Positions 37,180-45,635 of a stretch of 64,000 nucleotides of DNA are shown piece by piece (the first letter of the stretch is position 1; each line of letters starts with the position of its first letter). This DNA comes from a virus: positions 36,538-100,537 of the IMG/VR virus record IMGVR_UViG_3300029711_000003; one strand, written 5' to 3'. The notes under the pieces are model-generated. The model searched no databases. It was not told the DNA's origin and saw only the letters and a list, made by a program, of their open reading frames with translations. The position numbers were made by a program, and so were the translations under genes.

Positions 37180-37182
37180 GAT

Positions 37183-37377
37183 ATGGAAGACATTAGAAGA
37201 AAGGCTCACTTTGATGAGCTTAACAAAAGCAAAGATGAGATTGGTTCATCGCCAAGAAAGTATATTGGAGTTCCACGTCCAGTACGTTGTATGGAATGCG
37301 GTCGTTTGGTTGACGCTAATGAAGATAAGGGTCATATGACTCGTAATGGATATATTTGTAAACAATGTTTAAGATAA
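37183..37377 (+). CDS. Zn-ribbon protein
   Basis: 64 aa. CMECGR...CKQC. Confidence 0.45.
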   Translation: MEDIRRKAHFDELNKSKDEIGSSPRKYIGVPRPVRCMECGRLVDANEDKGHMTRNGYICKQCLR

Positions 37378-37383
37378 CGAGAT

Positions 37384-37959
37384 ATGATACAGATTGACAA
37401 ACATTATTACTACAAAGGCAATGAATACGTTGTAACAGGCTTTTGTAAAGTTAAGACAACGAGCGATGAATGGGTAGATGGAGTGTCTTACAAGAAGGCT
37501 TCAGAAGAAAGCACCGAAATTTATGTGAGAGATAAGGAAGCGTTTGAGTATTATTTCATACCTACAACGCTGGAAGTAGGCGATATAATTATTGCCGTAT
37601 CTATGGGCAAAGTTGTCGCTGAATACGAAGTTACCAGTATTGATTCGGAGAGTTCTCAAGCAACCGCTAAGAGCCCATCAGGCATTGATTTGATAGTTAA
37701 TACAGCCGTTGATTCGGATGCCGTTGTTACCAAAGTTGAAGGTGGAGTGCCTTACACAGCGGATTATTACTATCAACTTGCTAACATGAGAGAGCGCATG
37801 AAAAATTCGACAATTATAGATAAGATGGTAAGTGCGCTTTCAACTGCTGCGACAAGGGTTCAGGATATTCCTGCTTCCAATACGACTTACAGATTGGAAG
37901 AGTCACTGAAATCAATCCAACAGACCTTGGATGTAATTTATAACAAATTCGGGGTTTGA
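37384..37959 (+). CDS. hypothetical protein
   Basis: 191 aa. No motif recognised. Confidence 0.5.
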   Translation: MIQIDKHYYYKGNEYVVTGFCKVKTTSDEWVDGVSYKKASEESTEIYVRDKEAFEYYFIPTTLEVGDIIIAVSMGKVVAEYEVTSIDSESSQATAKSPSGIDLIVNTAVDSDAVVTKVEGGVPYTADYYYQLANMRERMKNSTIIDKMVSALSTAATRVQDIPASNTTYRLEESLKSIQQTLDVIYNKFGV

Positions 37960-37989
37960 CATAAGCAACACACTTCTACAAATGACGAA

Positions 37990-38036
37990 AAGGAGAGCTT
38001 GAGAAAGTTCTCCTTTTTCTTTTTTTACAAAGTTAC
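37990..38036 (+). terminator. class-2 terminator + TACAAAGTTAC box
   Basis: Hairpin AAGGAGAGCTT-GAGA-AAGTTCTCCTT plus T-run, then TACAAAGTTAC (38026-38036). Homologous to 21732-21778. Confidence 0.7.
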
Positions 38037-38071
38037 TGTAAACAGAGAAACTGTTAAAAATAAACAATATT

Positions 38072-38500
38072 ATGGACGGAAAAAGAAAATTTACGCCTGA
38101 GATAATAGATGAGTTGAAGGCAAACGAAGTATTTGTATTTGGTTCCAACCGTAATGGAAATCATTACGGAGGTGCAGCGAAAGTAGCATATGAAAAGTTC
38201 GGTGCTGAATGGGGAGTAGGAGAAGGTCACACTGGGCAGTCCTATGCCTTGCCTACGCTGGACGAGAATATGGAAAAGGTAACGGAGGATGAGCTGGAAG
38301 ATAGCTTTGCTAAACTCATCGGATATGCTGACGACAATCGGCAGCTGACGTTCTATGTTACTAAGGTAGGATGCGGCATAGCAGGTTGGGACATTGAAAC
38401 GGTTAAGCGTTGCTTTTGGAAAGGAGCAGCCGAAGTTAGCCCTGACCCTGAATGGAAGTCAATTCCGAGCAATGTGATTATCCCAGAGGAATTTGTATGA
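38072..38500 (+). CDS. Rossmann-like protein of the phage FVFGSN...GQSYA.PT family (LOG/DprA-superfamily-like)
   Basis: 142 aa. VFVFGSNRNGNHYGGAAKVAYEKFGAEWGVGEGHTGQSYALPT is a motif I recall from a widespread phage non-structural family. No search was run. Confidence 0.4.
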   Translation: MDGKRKFTPEIIDELKANEVFVFGSNRNGNHYGGAAKVAYEKFGAEWGVGEGHTGQSYALPTLDENMEKVTEDELEDSFAKLIGYADDNRQLTFYVTKVGCGIAGWDIETVKRCFWKGAAEVSPDPEWKSIPSNVIIPEEFV

Positions 38501-38811
38501 ATAAAGACATATCATATGGTCATTGGTATCCAGTTAAACCAGGCGGTATGCCCGAAGATTTGCTTGGATACAAAACTTTTGATAAGTTTGATATAACTGA
38601 AGCAGTGTTAATTCCACACTTTTGGGGAAATGAAAAAGGAGGTGGAGAATACTATCCTGCTTGCCGTATGAGAAAGAAAGGAAATAAGGAGTGGAAATGG
38701 TATCCTTGTAACTCAGCAAAACCATTGTTTTGGATGCCCATACCGCATATCCCAACCAAAGCAGGCGTAGCCGTTTATAAAAAGTATTACAATGAAGAAA
38801 AGAAGTCCTGA
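38497..38811 (+). CDS. DUF551-like protein
   Basis: Start set to ATG 38497 (ATGA overlap). The C-terminal ...KPLFWMPIPHIP resembles the DUF551 ending W.P.P.P. Confidence 0.45.
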   Translation: MNKDISYGHWYPVKPGGMPEDLLGYKTFDKFDITEAVLIPHFWGNEKGGGEYYPACRMRKKGNKEWKWYPCNSAKPLFWMPIPHIPTKAGVAVYKKYYNEEKKS

Positions 38812-39082
38812 AGAGATAGAGAAAGAAGCTATGCAGTATCAGCTTGCGATGCTTAAAAATGAACGTAGGAATTGTGACCAATTACAAAGTATTCGTAAGA
38901 TAGTAGGACATATGAATAGCTTTAATGCTGTTGTTGCTGATGCTAAAAGTCGTTTAGAGTATGATTTGTATCGTCAGCGTTTGCGACAAGCTATGCATGA
39001 TTTGAAAATAAAGGATGAGGATGCTTGGGCGGTTGCAGACCGATACGTGCAAGATAATTTAGATGTTTTATCAATTTGGTAA
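38792..39082 (+). CDS. hypothetical protein
   Basis: 96 aa, helical. Confidence 0.45.
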   Translation: MKKRSPEEIEKEAMQYQLAMLKNERRNCDQLQSIRKIVGHMNSFNAVVADAKSRLEYDLYRQRLRQAMHDLKIKDEDAWAVADRYVQDNLDVLSIW

Positions 39083-39083
39083 T

Positions 39084-39371
39084 ATGAAATACATTATTTT
39101 CAAGAAAGGAGAAATTGTAATGCCTGTTATCTTTCATGAGTATATAAATCATTGCGATGTTAAGATAGGTGATGACTGGATTACAGTTTCAGCAGGTTTT
39201 TGTAATATAGTGCAAGGACGTTTGAAGGTAGATTATGAAAGTAGTTCTGTAAGTCTTTCTTTGAAACCTAATAAAACTGACGGAGCGGTAATGACTATGC
39301 TTGCTAATAATTATAGTGTAGCATTTTTCATGGACCAAAATGATATGTATTATCCTAAAATTGACAAATAA
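39084..39371 (+). CDS. hypothetical protein
   Basis: Start set to ATG 39084, directly after the previous TAA (track start 39063 overlaps). Confidence 0.45.
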   Translation: MKYIIFKKGEIVMPVIFHEYINHCDVKIGDDWITVSAGFCNIVQGRLKVDYESSSVSLSLKPNKTDGAVMTMLANNYSVAFFMDQNDMYYPKIDK

Positions 39372-39887
39372 ATGGAAAATAAACAATCTATGATAGAGGA
39401 ATGGGCAAAGAAAGTAGAACATTCCAAGAAACAAGAGTTGTCCAAAGAAGCAGCAAAGCATTTTATGATAGTATGCTTGAATGCAAAGAAGATAGATGAG
39501 GATAAGGAGCTGATTGCTGATTTAGAAAATAAGCGTCACGGAGTAGGTTCAGCGTTTTGGCTACGAGTCAAGCGCCTTCATACATATTCCGTAACACCGT
39601 CACTGGCTTTGTTCCTTGCTTCAGATGTATTAGACAATTTCGGTAAGAGCACTATGATGGCAGCGTATCTGCAATACATAGCCGTGAAGAGAGGTATTAA
39701 GACCATTGGAATAAGTGAATGGGCGCAATGGGCGTTTCCATGGGGATTGCCTACCGAAGATGAATGGGAAAGACTTTGGAACGCTCAGAAGATACCTTTG
39801 GAAGAGAGGTTTGACGCCATGACCGACAACATGCTGGATTGTCCGAACATGTTTGGTAAAAGTATTTGGGAAATTAAAGAGAAATAA
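39372..39887 (+). CDS. hypothetical protein
   Basis: 171 aa. ATG directly after the previous TAA. Confidence 0.5.
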   Translation: MENKQSMIEEWAKKVEHSKKQELSKEAAKHFMIVCLNAKKIDEDKELIADLENKRHGVGSAFWLRVKRLHTYSVTPSLALFLASDVLDNFGKSTMMAAYLQYIAVKRGIKTIGISEWAQWAFPWGLPTEDEWERLWNAQKIPLEERFDAMTDNMLDCPNMFGKSIWEIKEK

Positions 39888-39890
39888 GAT

Positions 39891-40154
39891 ATGGGAGAAG
39901 GAATGTCAAGAGAACAAGCAATAATATGTTTGCAAAAATTGAATTTTTATTTCAACGTCATATGTATATCTTTGAGAGACACCAAAGAAAAGATTGTTGA
40001 AATAAGAAAATTCAAGAATACAGATGGAACGGAGCTATATGAGAAGCGTCATTTTGTCAGGCAAAAGACATATATTCATGATTATGAATCCATGATACGC
40101 TGGTTAGAGCTTGTTTCATTAAGAGTAGCAAAAGTAACGTATCTAAAAAAGTAG
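39891..40154 (+). CDS. hypothetical protein
   Basis: 87 aa. Confidence 0.45.
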   Translation: MGEGMSREQAIICLQKLNFYFNVICISLRDTKEKIVEIRKFKNTDGTELYEKRHFVRQKTYIHDYESMIRWLELVSLRVAKVTYLKK

Positions 40155-40156
40155 CA

Positions 40157-40462
40157 ATGAATTATAGCATGGAATGGAAGATAGGAGAAATAAAGCAGAT
40201 AAACGGTGAGTGGTATCAGTGCATTAAGTCCATTACCTGTAATGGTTGCGGGTTCAACGACAAAGGATGTACTGCCGATAGACGCTTAACAGGAGATTGT
40301 TCAGGCAGATTGGATGGCACATCGGTCATCTTCAAGAAACTTGAAAAGATTGGAAAACCTTATATGTATAAGGGTAGATTTGTGCAACCTTATAAGAGGG
40401 GTGATGATTTCATTTTATTTGAGCATGGAAGTAATAACATTATTGATTATAAACATGAATAA
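40157..40462 (+). CDS. hypothetical Cys-containing protein
   Basis: 101 aa. CIKSITCNGCGFNDKGC...GDC. Confidence 0.45.
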   Translation: MNYSMEWKIGEIKQINGEWYQCIKSITCNGCGFNDKGCTADRRLTGDCSGRLDGTSVIFKKLEKIGKPYMYKGRFVQPYKRGDDFILFEHGSNNIIDYKHE

Positions 40463-40465
40463 GAT

Positions 40466-40954
40466 ATGGTAAGAAAAGTAAAAATGAGTCATGAAGATAT
40501 AGATTATCTATTAGATAGATTGTCTGAAATACTACGTGATAATAACTATGAGGGAAATGAAGATGAAATCTGCAATTCCTTATTAAAGTATATCGAAGAA
40601 GAAAGACATGATAGTATGAAACCATTTGACCTTGAAGCAGCCAAGGCAGGAAAGCCTGTTTATACAAGGGATGGTCGCAAAGCAAGAATTATTTGTTTTG
40701 ACAAAAATAAAGATATATATCCACTTGTAGTTTTAGTATGCGATGGAGAAGGATATGAAATGATTGCTCAATATAAGGCAGATGGACTTCATCCAACAAT
40801 ACCACAAAATGACCTTATGATGCTTTCAGAAAAGAAAGAGGGATGGATTAAAGTTAAGAAAGATGTCAATCTTTACGCTACAAAAGAAGAAGCTGATAGA
40901 AAAATGATTGGTAATACTGATTATGTAAGTGCTAAAGTTGAATGGGAGGAATAA
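40466..40954 (+). CDS. hypothetical protein
   Basis: 162 aa. Contains MKPFDLEAAKAGKPVYTRDGRKARIICFD. Confidence 0.5.
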   Translation: MVRKVKMSHEDIDYLLDRLSEILRDNNYEGNEDEICNSLLKYIEEERHDSMKPFDLEAAKAGKPVYTRDGRKARIICFDKNKDIYPLVVLVCDGEGYEMIAQYKADGLHPTIPQNDLMMLSEKKEGWIKVKKDVNLYATKEEADRKMIGNTDYVSAKVEWEE

Positions 40955-41005
40955 AGTATGGCATGAGTAGCAGTAAGTAAGGCTGGAACAGAACTGATTT
41001 CACCA

Positions 41006-41176
41006 GTGAAGCCTATAAAAGATGGAGCTTGGTGGAGTTGCGTTGAGGAAATTTCAATAGAAGGCGAATATGGTGATGTAGAAATGTCTATTGAATTACC
41101 AAAAGGTAGTATCAAGAAACTTATTGGTAGAGATTTGACTTGGGAAGATGAACCTGTTGAATTAAAAGAAGAATAA
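41006..41176 (+). CDS. small ORF (GTG start), or a 72-codon ORF from ATG 40958 with an in-frame TGA at codon 3
   Basis: Frame is open from 40967 to TAA 41174-41176 (VAVSKAGTELISPVKPIKDGAWWSC...VELKEE*). The only upstream ATG (40958) is followed by GCA TGA. Confidence 0.3.
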   Translation: MKPIKDGAWWSCVEEISIEGEYGDVEMSIELPKGSIKKLIGRDLTWEDEPVELKEE

Positions 41177-41177
41177 T

Positions 41178-41624
41178 ATGGAAGAAAATTATCAAGTAAT
41201 CATTGACAAAAAGCATTTTGACCGATTAAATGAGCAAACTAATTTATCCCAAAAAGCTGCTTATGATAGAGCAAAGGAAATTTGGGATAAAGAAGGAAAG
41301 GTTGATTTGACAATAAGGCTTTATTTGAAATCCTCAAGAAAAGATATTGAAGGATATGACGAATATAGGTTTGATAATTATTGTTATTTGTCCGAAAGAG
41401 GAAAATTCATAATACCAAAGAAGATGAAAGAACGGTTGGCGGATATTATCAAAGCGAATACAGACCAGCTTATGGAGGAAAGTTTTGGTAGAAATTTAGT
41501 TCATATTAACAAAATCATATGTCTTGAACGTACCTATGAAAGGTTGATAAAAAGATATAAGGTAATTACGATAACAGGTTGGTTGTTAGCCTTGCTTATT
41601 GTAATAATGAATGCTATTTTGTAG
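41178..41624 (+). CDS. hypothetical protein with C-terminal transmembrane helix
   Basis: 148 aa. C-terminal ITITGWLLALLIVIMNAIL. Confidence 0.5.
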   Translation: MEENYQVIIDKKHFDRLNEQTNLSQKAAYDRAKEIWDKEGKVDLTIRLYLKSSRKDIEGYDEYRFDNYCYLSERGKFIIPKKMKERLADIIKANTDQLMEESFGRNLVHINKIICLERTYERLIKRYKVITITGWLLALLIVIMNAIL

Positions 41625-41749
41625 AAATATAAAATAAAGACTATTGCGCTTCAATGAAGAAGCAGGCTAAAATAAAAGTTTAGCAATAAATCTTTGTCGA
41701 AGCGCAATTATAGTATAGCAAGGAAATATTGTAAAACAAAATAGTGAGT

Positions 41750-43015
41750 ATGGATAATAGCAAAATGATTGAAATCCCAGAGGGAGTTGTGGATGTTAAA
41801 GAATACAAGAAAATGCTTGCCTTGTCAAAACACCCAATTCTCAAGAATACAATTTACATTGCCTCAGATGGTAGTGAAATAAACATTGGGATGTTGCCGC
41901 ATAGGTTGAAGAAGTACGTTGAGCATTTGTCACTCAAAGAGCAAGAGGACATATATGAGCTCAAGCGTAGGTATAATGTTTTGCGTGGAAAGATAAGTGC
42001 GGCAAAGGCAAAAGCCTATGGACACGCTGGTATGTATGGAGGCAAGAATAAGGATGAAGCCCAAGCAAACAAATTAAGTCCGTTTGAGGAAGATATAATT
42101 GAATTGCTTGGGCGTATGTTCACTATTGCCGAAGTTGTAAAGATAATGGGAGAAGACAACGGCATAATTGTTTCAGAGGATGAAGTCAAAGAAGTTCTCA
42201 AAAAACATATCGTGGAGGTTGAGCGAAAGCGTGAAGAGTTCCGCAACAAAGTAACCGATGTCCGATTGTATAACAAACGCCCAAGACTTGAAGAGCTTGC
42301 TTGGATGTATTCTAAGATGAAAGCACGATACGTTGCGCTGAACGGCATTGATGCTTACAATTCTATGTTACGCACTCTTGAGCAAATTCGTAAGGAAGCG
42401 GAGGGTGACGTGATAAACATTAATGGCGCTTTGGATGTTAACATAGAAATACAAATACAAAACCATATACAAAAAGAGATTTTGCGTACTATAAACCTCA
42501 AAGAGATTATCTTGGGGCGTGTAGCGGCAAGAATGAACTATGACCCTAAAAAGCTGATTGCTGGTTTACATAATTCGTACTATGCGAAGTTTGTAGATAT
42601 ATCAGGAGAATTTGACCCCAATGCTGAAATGGATTATCCGTCCAGCTCTGCTTACGACTTCACTGCTATTGAGCGGCAAAGCAATCATGACGTAGTAGAT
42701 GTTACCCCAGAGCCTATCACGGAAGAGCAAAAGAGCAGTGCCCAAAACATCAAAGATTTGTTCTTGGCTAAGATACGGAAGCAACGTCAGGCGATGGAGG
42801 CACGCAATGCTGGATTTGATGCTGATGCGGAAAGAAAGCGTCCAACCGCTACGGAAGAAGAACGACCGATTGACCGCAAGCAATTTGGACCAGGACATTA
42901 CAAAGATAGCATACCGCCATCGCAAAGGAAGTGGAACAAGGGTTTGGGGTATGATTACAAAACTCCACGTTACAAGGGTGAGCAACCGAAAAGAAAGAAT
43001 AACAAAAAAGAATAA
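41750..43015 (+). CDS. hypothetical HTH/coiled-coil protein with basic C-terminus
   Basis: Start set to ATG 41750 (track uses GTG 41744). HTH-like LSPFEEDIIELLGRMFTIAEVVKIMG. Arg/Lys-rich C-terminus. A small-terminase role is possible but unsupported. Confidence 0.4.
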   Translation: MDNSKMIEIPEGVVDVKEYKKMLALSKHPILKNTIYIASDGSEINIGMLPHRLKKYVEHLSLKEQEDIYELKRRYNVLRGKISAAKAKAYGHAGMYGGKNKDEAQANKLSPFEEDIIELLGRMFTIAEVVKIMGEDNGIIVSEDEVKEVLKKHIVEVERKREEFRNKVTDVRLYNKRPRLEELAWMYSKMKARYVALNGIDAYNSMLRTLEQIRKEAEGDVININGALDVNIEIQIQNHIQKEILRTINLKEIILGRVAARMNYDPKKLIAGLHNSYYAKFVDISGEFDPNAEMDYPSSSAYDFTAIERQSNHDVVDVTPEPITEEQKSSAQNIKDLFLAKIRKQRQAMEARNAGFDADAERKRPTATEEERPIDRKQFGPGHYKDSIPPSQRKWNKGLGYDYKTPRYKGEQPKRKNNKKE

Positions 43016-43020
43016 AGAGT

Positions 43021-43257
43021 ATGAACGTACAAGAGTTTATTGAAAAGAATTTGTCAAATGCTAAGTTTGACCGAGATTTCAACCGATACCTTTATTTGAA
43101 AGAACGGTTGGAGAAGCAACAGCAAATTATGTCTTCTGAGGAAGGCGGTGAGATATTTAATGAGTTCCTTGCTTTGAAAGATAAGCTGTTTGACCTTGCT
43201 ATGTACCGTTTCTTGCGACACAGAGAAATAGAGGATAGCGGGAATATAGATAAGTAG
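43021..43257 (+). CDS. hypothetical protein
   Basis: 78 aa, helical. Confidence 0.45.
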   Translation: MNVQEFIEKNLSNAKFDRDFNRYLYLKERLEKQQQIMSSEEGGEIFNEFLALKDKLFDLAMYRFLRHREIEDSGNIDK

Positions 43258-43278
43258 CACTTTGTACTTTGCATTGAT

Positions 43279-43316
43279 GAAGCTCTGGGCTGTGAAGTTC
43301 GGAGCTTTATTTTTGT
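43279..43316 (+). terminator. rho-independent terminator (moderate)
   Basis: GAAGCTC / GAGCTTT stem around a 16-nt loop, then ATTTTTG. Confidence 0.5.
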
Positions 43317-43350
43317 TCATTCTTCACAGTTTTCCACAACCTTTTGCTTA

Positions 43351-43478
43351 ACAAGAGTTAAAAATTGCCCAAAATTAAACTTTTTGGTAAAATTTCTTGC
43401 TAAAAATTTTGCCGTTTCGCAAAAGTCCGTACCTTCGTAGTGTAATTAAAACGATAACGATTAAAAAACAACAAAGAT
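43351..43478 (+). promoter_or_regulatory. class-1 promoter cassette, copy B
   Basis: AGTTAAAAATTGCCCAAAAT box. TTTG (43408-43411), 18-nt spacer, then TACCTTCG (43430-43437). Confidence 0.55.
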
Positions 43479-43751
43479 ATGGCAACAAAAGAAGTTACAT
43501 TAAAAGTAGAAAACAGATGGATGGATAGTTTGGAATATGTTTGCTTACATATTACGTCACCGTCAGGTAAAACTATCGTAATTTCCAAGAATGACATTTT
43601 TGATATGAGATTGGATAAGAAATTGACTGATAAAGTCGATGCCACGCTCAGGAGAGTTGTCAAAGGAACGGTGCTTTGGAAAACAGTTGATTTTGTTTCT
43701 AATGTTGAGGAAATGAAAGATTTATTATCAATAGCCAGTAGAATGTACTAA
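43479..43751 (+). CDS. hypothetical protein
   Basis: 90 aa. First gene after cassette B. Confidence 0.5.
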   Translation: MATKEVTLKVENRWMDSLEYVCLHITSPSGKTIVISKNDIFDMRLDKKLTDKVDATLRRVVKGTVLWKTVDFVSNVEEMKDLLSIASRMY

Positions 43752-43775
43752 TTTATAAAACAAACAATTGAACAT

Positions 43776-44912
43776 ATGGAAACTGTAAAACTTACAAATA
43801 ACGAAAAGAGCGTACTGGTAGCAATCGTAGCAAATGCTAAACAAGTAGGAGATAACGGAGTTGAGTTCATTCTTGAAGATGTAGCAAAGACTACTGGTAA
43901 ATCAATCAGAAGCATCTCAGCAACCGCTGGAAGTCTTGCTAAGAAAGGAATGCTGTTGACCGCTAATGGCGAAAGCTATTTTGACGGAGTAGTAACCGAA
44001 GCTGGACTTCATGAAGTAGAAGAAAGCGACAAAGTTAATCAAGAAGTAAACAATAACAAAAATCAAGACAATATGGAAGATAAGAATTTTGATGCTCCAG
44101 CAATGGACGAAAGAATTGTAAAGCTCAACGAGCTGAAGAGTGTTAAGATGGCAGCTTTGTCGAAGTCTAAAAGACCTGCTGCGAAGGCAAACAAAAACGC
44201 TGCTCAATTCGTACTTGAGCGTTGGGACGATGAAGAAGAGCTGAAGAGATTTATCAGCGATGAATCAATGAAAGTAGAGTGCTATGAAGTTTGGTGCATT
44301 GCTGATAGCCGATATAAGCAGCTCAGTTACCGTCCAGAGGAAGCTCCGAAAGAAGATGCTCAGCCCAAGGCAAAGAAGACAACGAGCAAGAAAGAAACTA
44401 AGAAAGCTGATAAGACGGAGCAGCCGAAAGAAAAGGCAGCTAAAACTGCCCGCAAAGTGGGTGACGTTCACCCGAAGCACCCGACATGGGTATGGACGGA
44501 GTATGCGCCAGGAAAGTTTGATTGGCGTACCAATCCGAAAGATAAGAAGCAGGGTCAGCGTACCGATATGGCGGACAAAAAGGAGAAGCAGCCGAAGTCC
44601 AAATCAGCCGAAAAGAAGTCTGCTAAGGGCAAGGAAGCAAAGCAGGAAGCTCCGAAGAAAGCAGAGAAACCTATTTATACAATTGACGAGTGGGTTGCTT
44701 TGCCTACCAAACCTACAAGCGCCAAAAGCAAAATGTCGGAAGCTCAGAAAGAAGCGTTCAAGCTCATCAACAAGGGTTATCGGATAACGGCTGATAAGAA
44801 GTTCTTTCAGAATGTGGAAGGTGATAATAAGTCATGTAATTGGGCATCCGTTGAGGCTATGCTGAAGCGTTATGGTATTGATTATGTTCCTATGGGTTTG
44901 ATTAAAGAATAA
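43776..44912 (+). CDS. winged-helix protein with Lys-rich (histone H1-like) linker
   Basis: 378 aa. N-terminal LTNNEKSVLVAIVAN...DVAKTTGKSIRSISATAGSLAKKGML (MarR-like wHTH). Central KKTTSKKETKKADK...KPKSKSAEKKSAKGKEAKQEAPKKAEKP. Confidence 0.5.
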   Translation: METVKLTNNEKSVLVAIVANAKQVGDNGVEFILEDVAKTTGKSIRSISATAGSLAKKGMLLTANGESYFDGVVTEAGLHEVEESDKVNQEVNNNKNQDNMEDKNFDAPAMDERIVKLNELKSVKMAALSKSKRPAAKANKNAAQFVLERWDDEEELKRFISDESMKVECYEVWCIADSRYKQLSYRPEEAPKEDAQPKAKKTTSKKETKKADKTEQPKEKAAKTARKVGDVHPKHPTWVWTEYAPGKFDWRTNPKDKKQGQRTDMADKKEKQPKSKSAEKKSAKGKEAKQEAPKKAEKPIYTIDEWVALPTKPTSAKSKMSEAQKEAFKLINKGYRITADKKFFQNVEGDNKSCNWASVEAMLKRYGIDYVPMGLIKE

Positions 44913-44916
44913 GAAT

Positions 44917-45159
44917 ATGAAAGAACTTACACAGAAAGAAGCAAAGCAAAAGTCTTTGGCTATGGACGTAGCTTGGGAGATTGTTTTGGGTTGCGATAGA
45001 CTTGACCGTACAGACCTAAGAGCGATTGTTGACCAAGAAGGTTTTGACGTAGAAGAAATGAAAAAACAAACACGTCATTATATCGAAAATAATTATCACG
45101 GAAGTTCAGATGATTTTGTTGAAGAACAATTAGCATATTGGTACGAACCATGGAAGTAA
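44917..45159 (+). CDS. hypothetical protein
   Basis: 80 aa. Confidence 0.45.
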   Translation: MKELTQKEAKQKSLAMDVAWEIVLGCDRLDRTDLRAIVDQEGFDVEEMKKQTRHYIENNYHGSSDDFVEEQLAYWYEPWK

Positions 45160-45635
45160 ACAAAAGCAAAATAATCAAGGAGTTGTGTCAGTTAGCAGAA
45201 ATTATGAACGGCAGAGCAAAGAAATACTATGAGAGTATGATAGCTGACGCAACACCTGTTCGGATAACTCCTTTGTCAGAATTATTCAATGAATATGAGA
45301 TAGATATGATAAAGCGAGTAATTAAGCCCGAAGCTAAACAATGTTACAAGAATGCCTCAGACCTTTGCGTGCTGTTTCCTGACCGTGTTAAATACGTTGA
45401 AGGTAGATTTACCGTATGCGGACTTTTCAGCACGGAGCATGCTTGGAATAAAGTTGTAGATAAGTACGTTGATATTACTGCTGAATTAGCGTTGAACAAT
45501 AATATCAACGAAGAAGAATATGTTGCTTTGGGAGAATATGAGTACGAAGAAACATTATCATATTTGTACAAAAGCAAGGTTTACGGAGGTATATATGAAC
45601 AAAGATTTTTAGAAAACTATGGCAAAAATTTATAG
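45150..45635 (+). CDS. transglutaminase-like / papain-fold cysteine peptidase (tentative)
   Basis: Start set to ATG 45150. KQCYKNASDLC...STEHAWNKVVDKYVDIT fits the C...HAW....D.T pattern of the transglutaminase-core fold. Confidence 0.3.
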   Translation: MEVNKSKIIKELCQLAEIMNGRAKKYYESMIADATPVRITPLSELFNEYEIDMIKRVIKPEAKQCYKNASDLCVLFPDRVKYVEGRFTVCGLFSTEHAWNKVVDKYVDITAELALNNNINEEEYVALGEYEYEETLSYLYKSKVYGGIYEQRFLENYGKNL

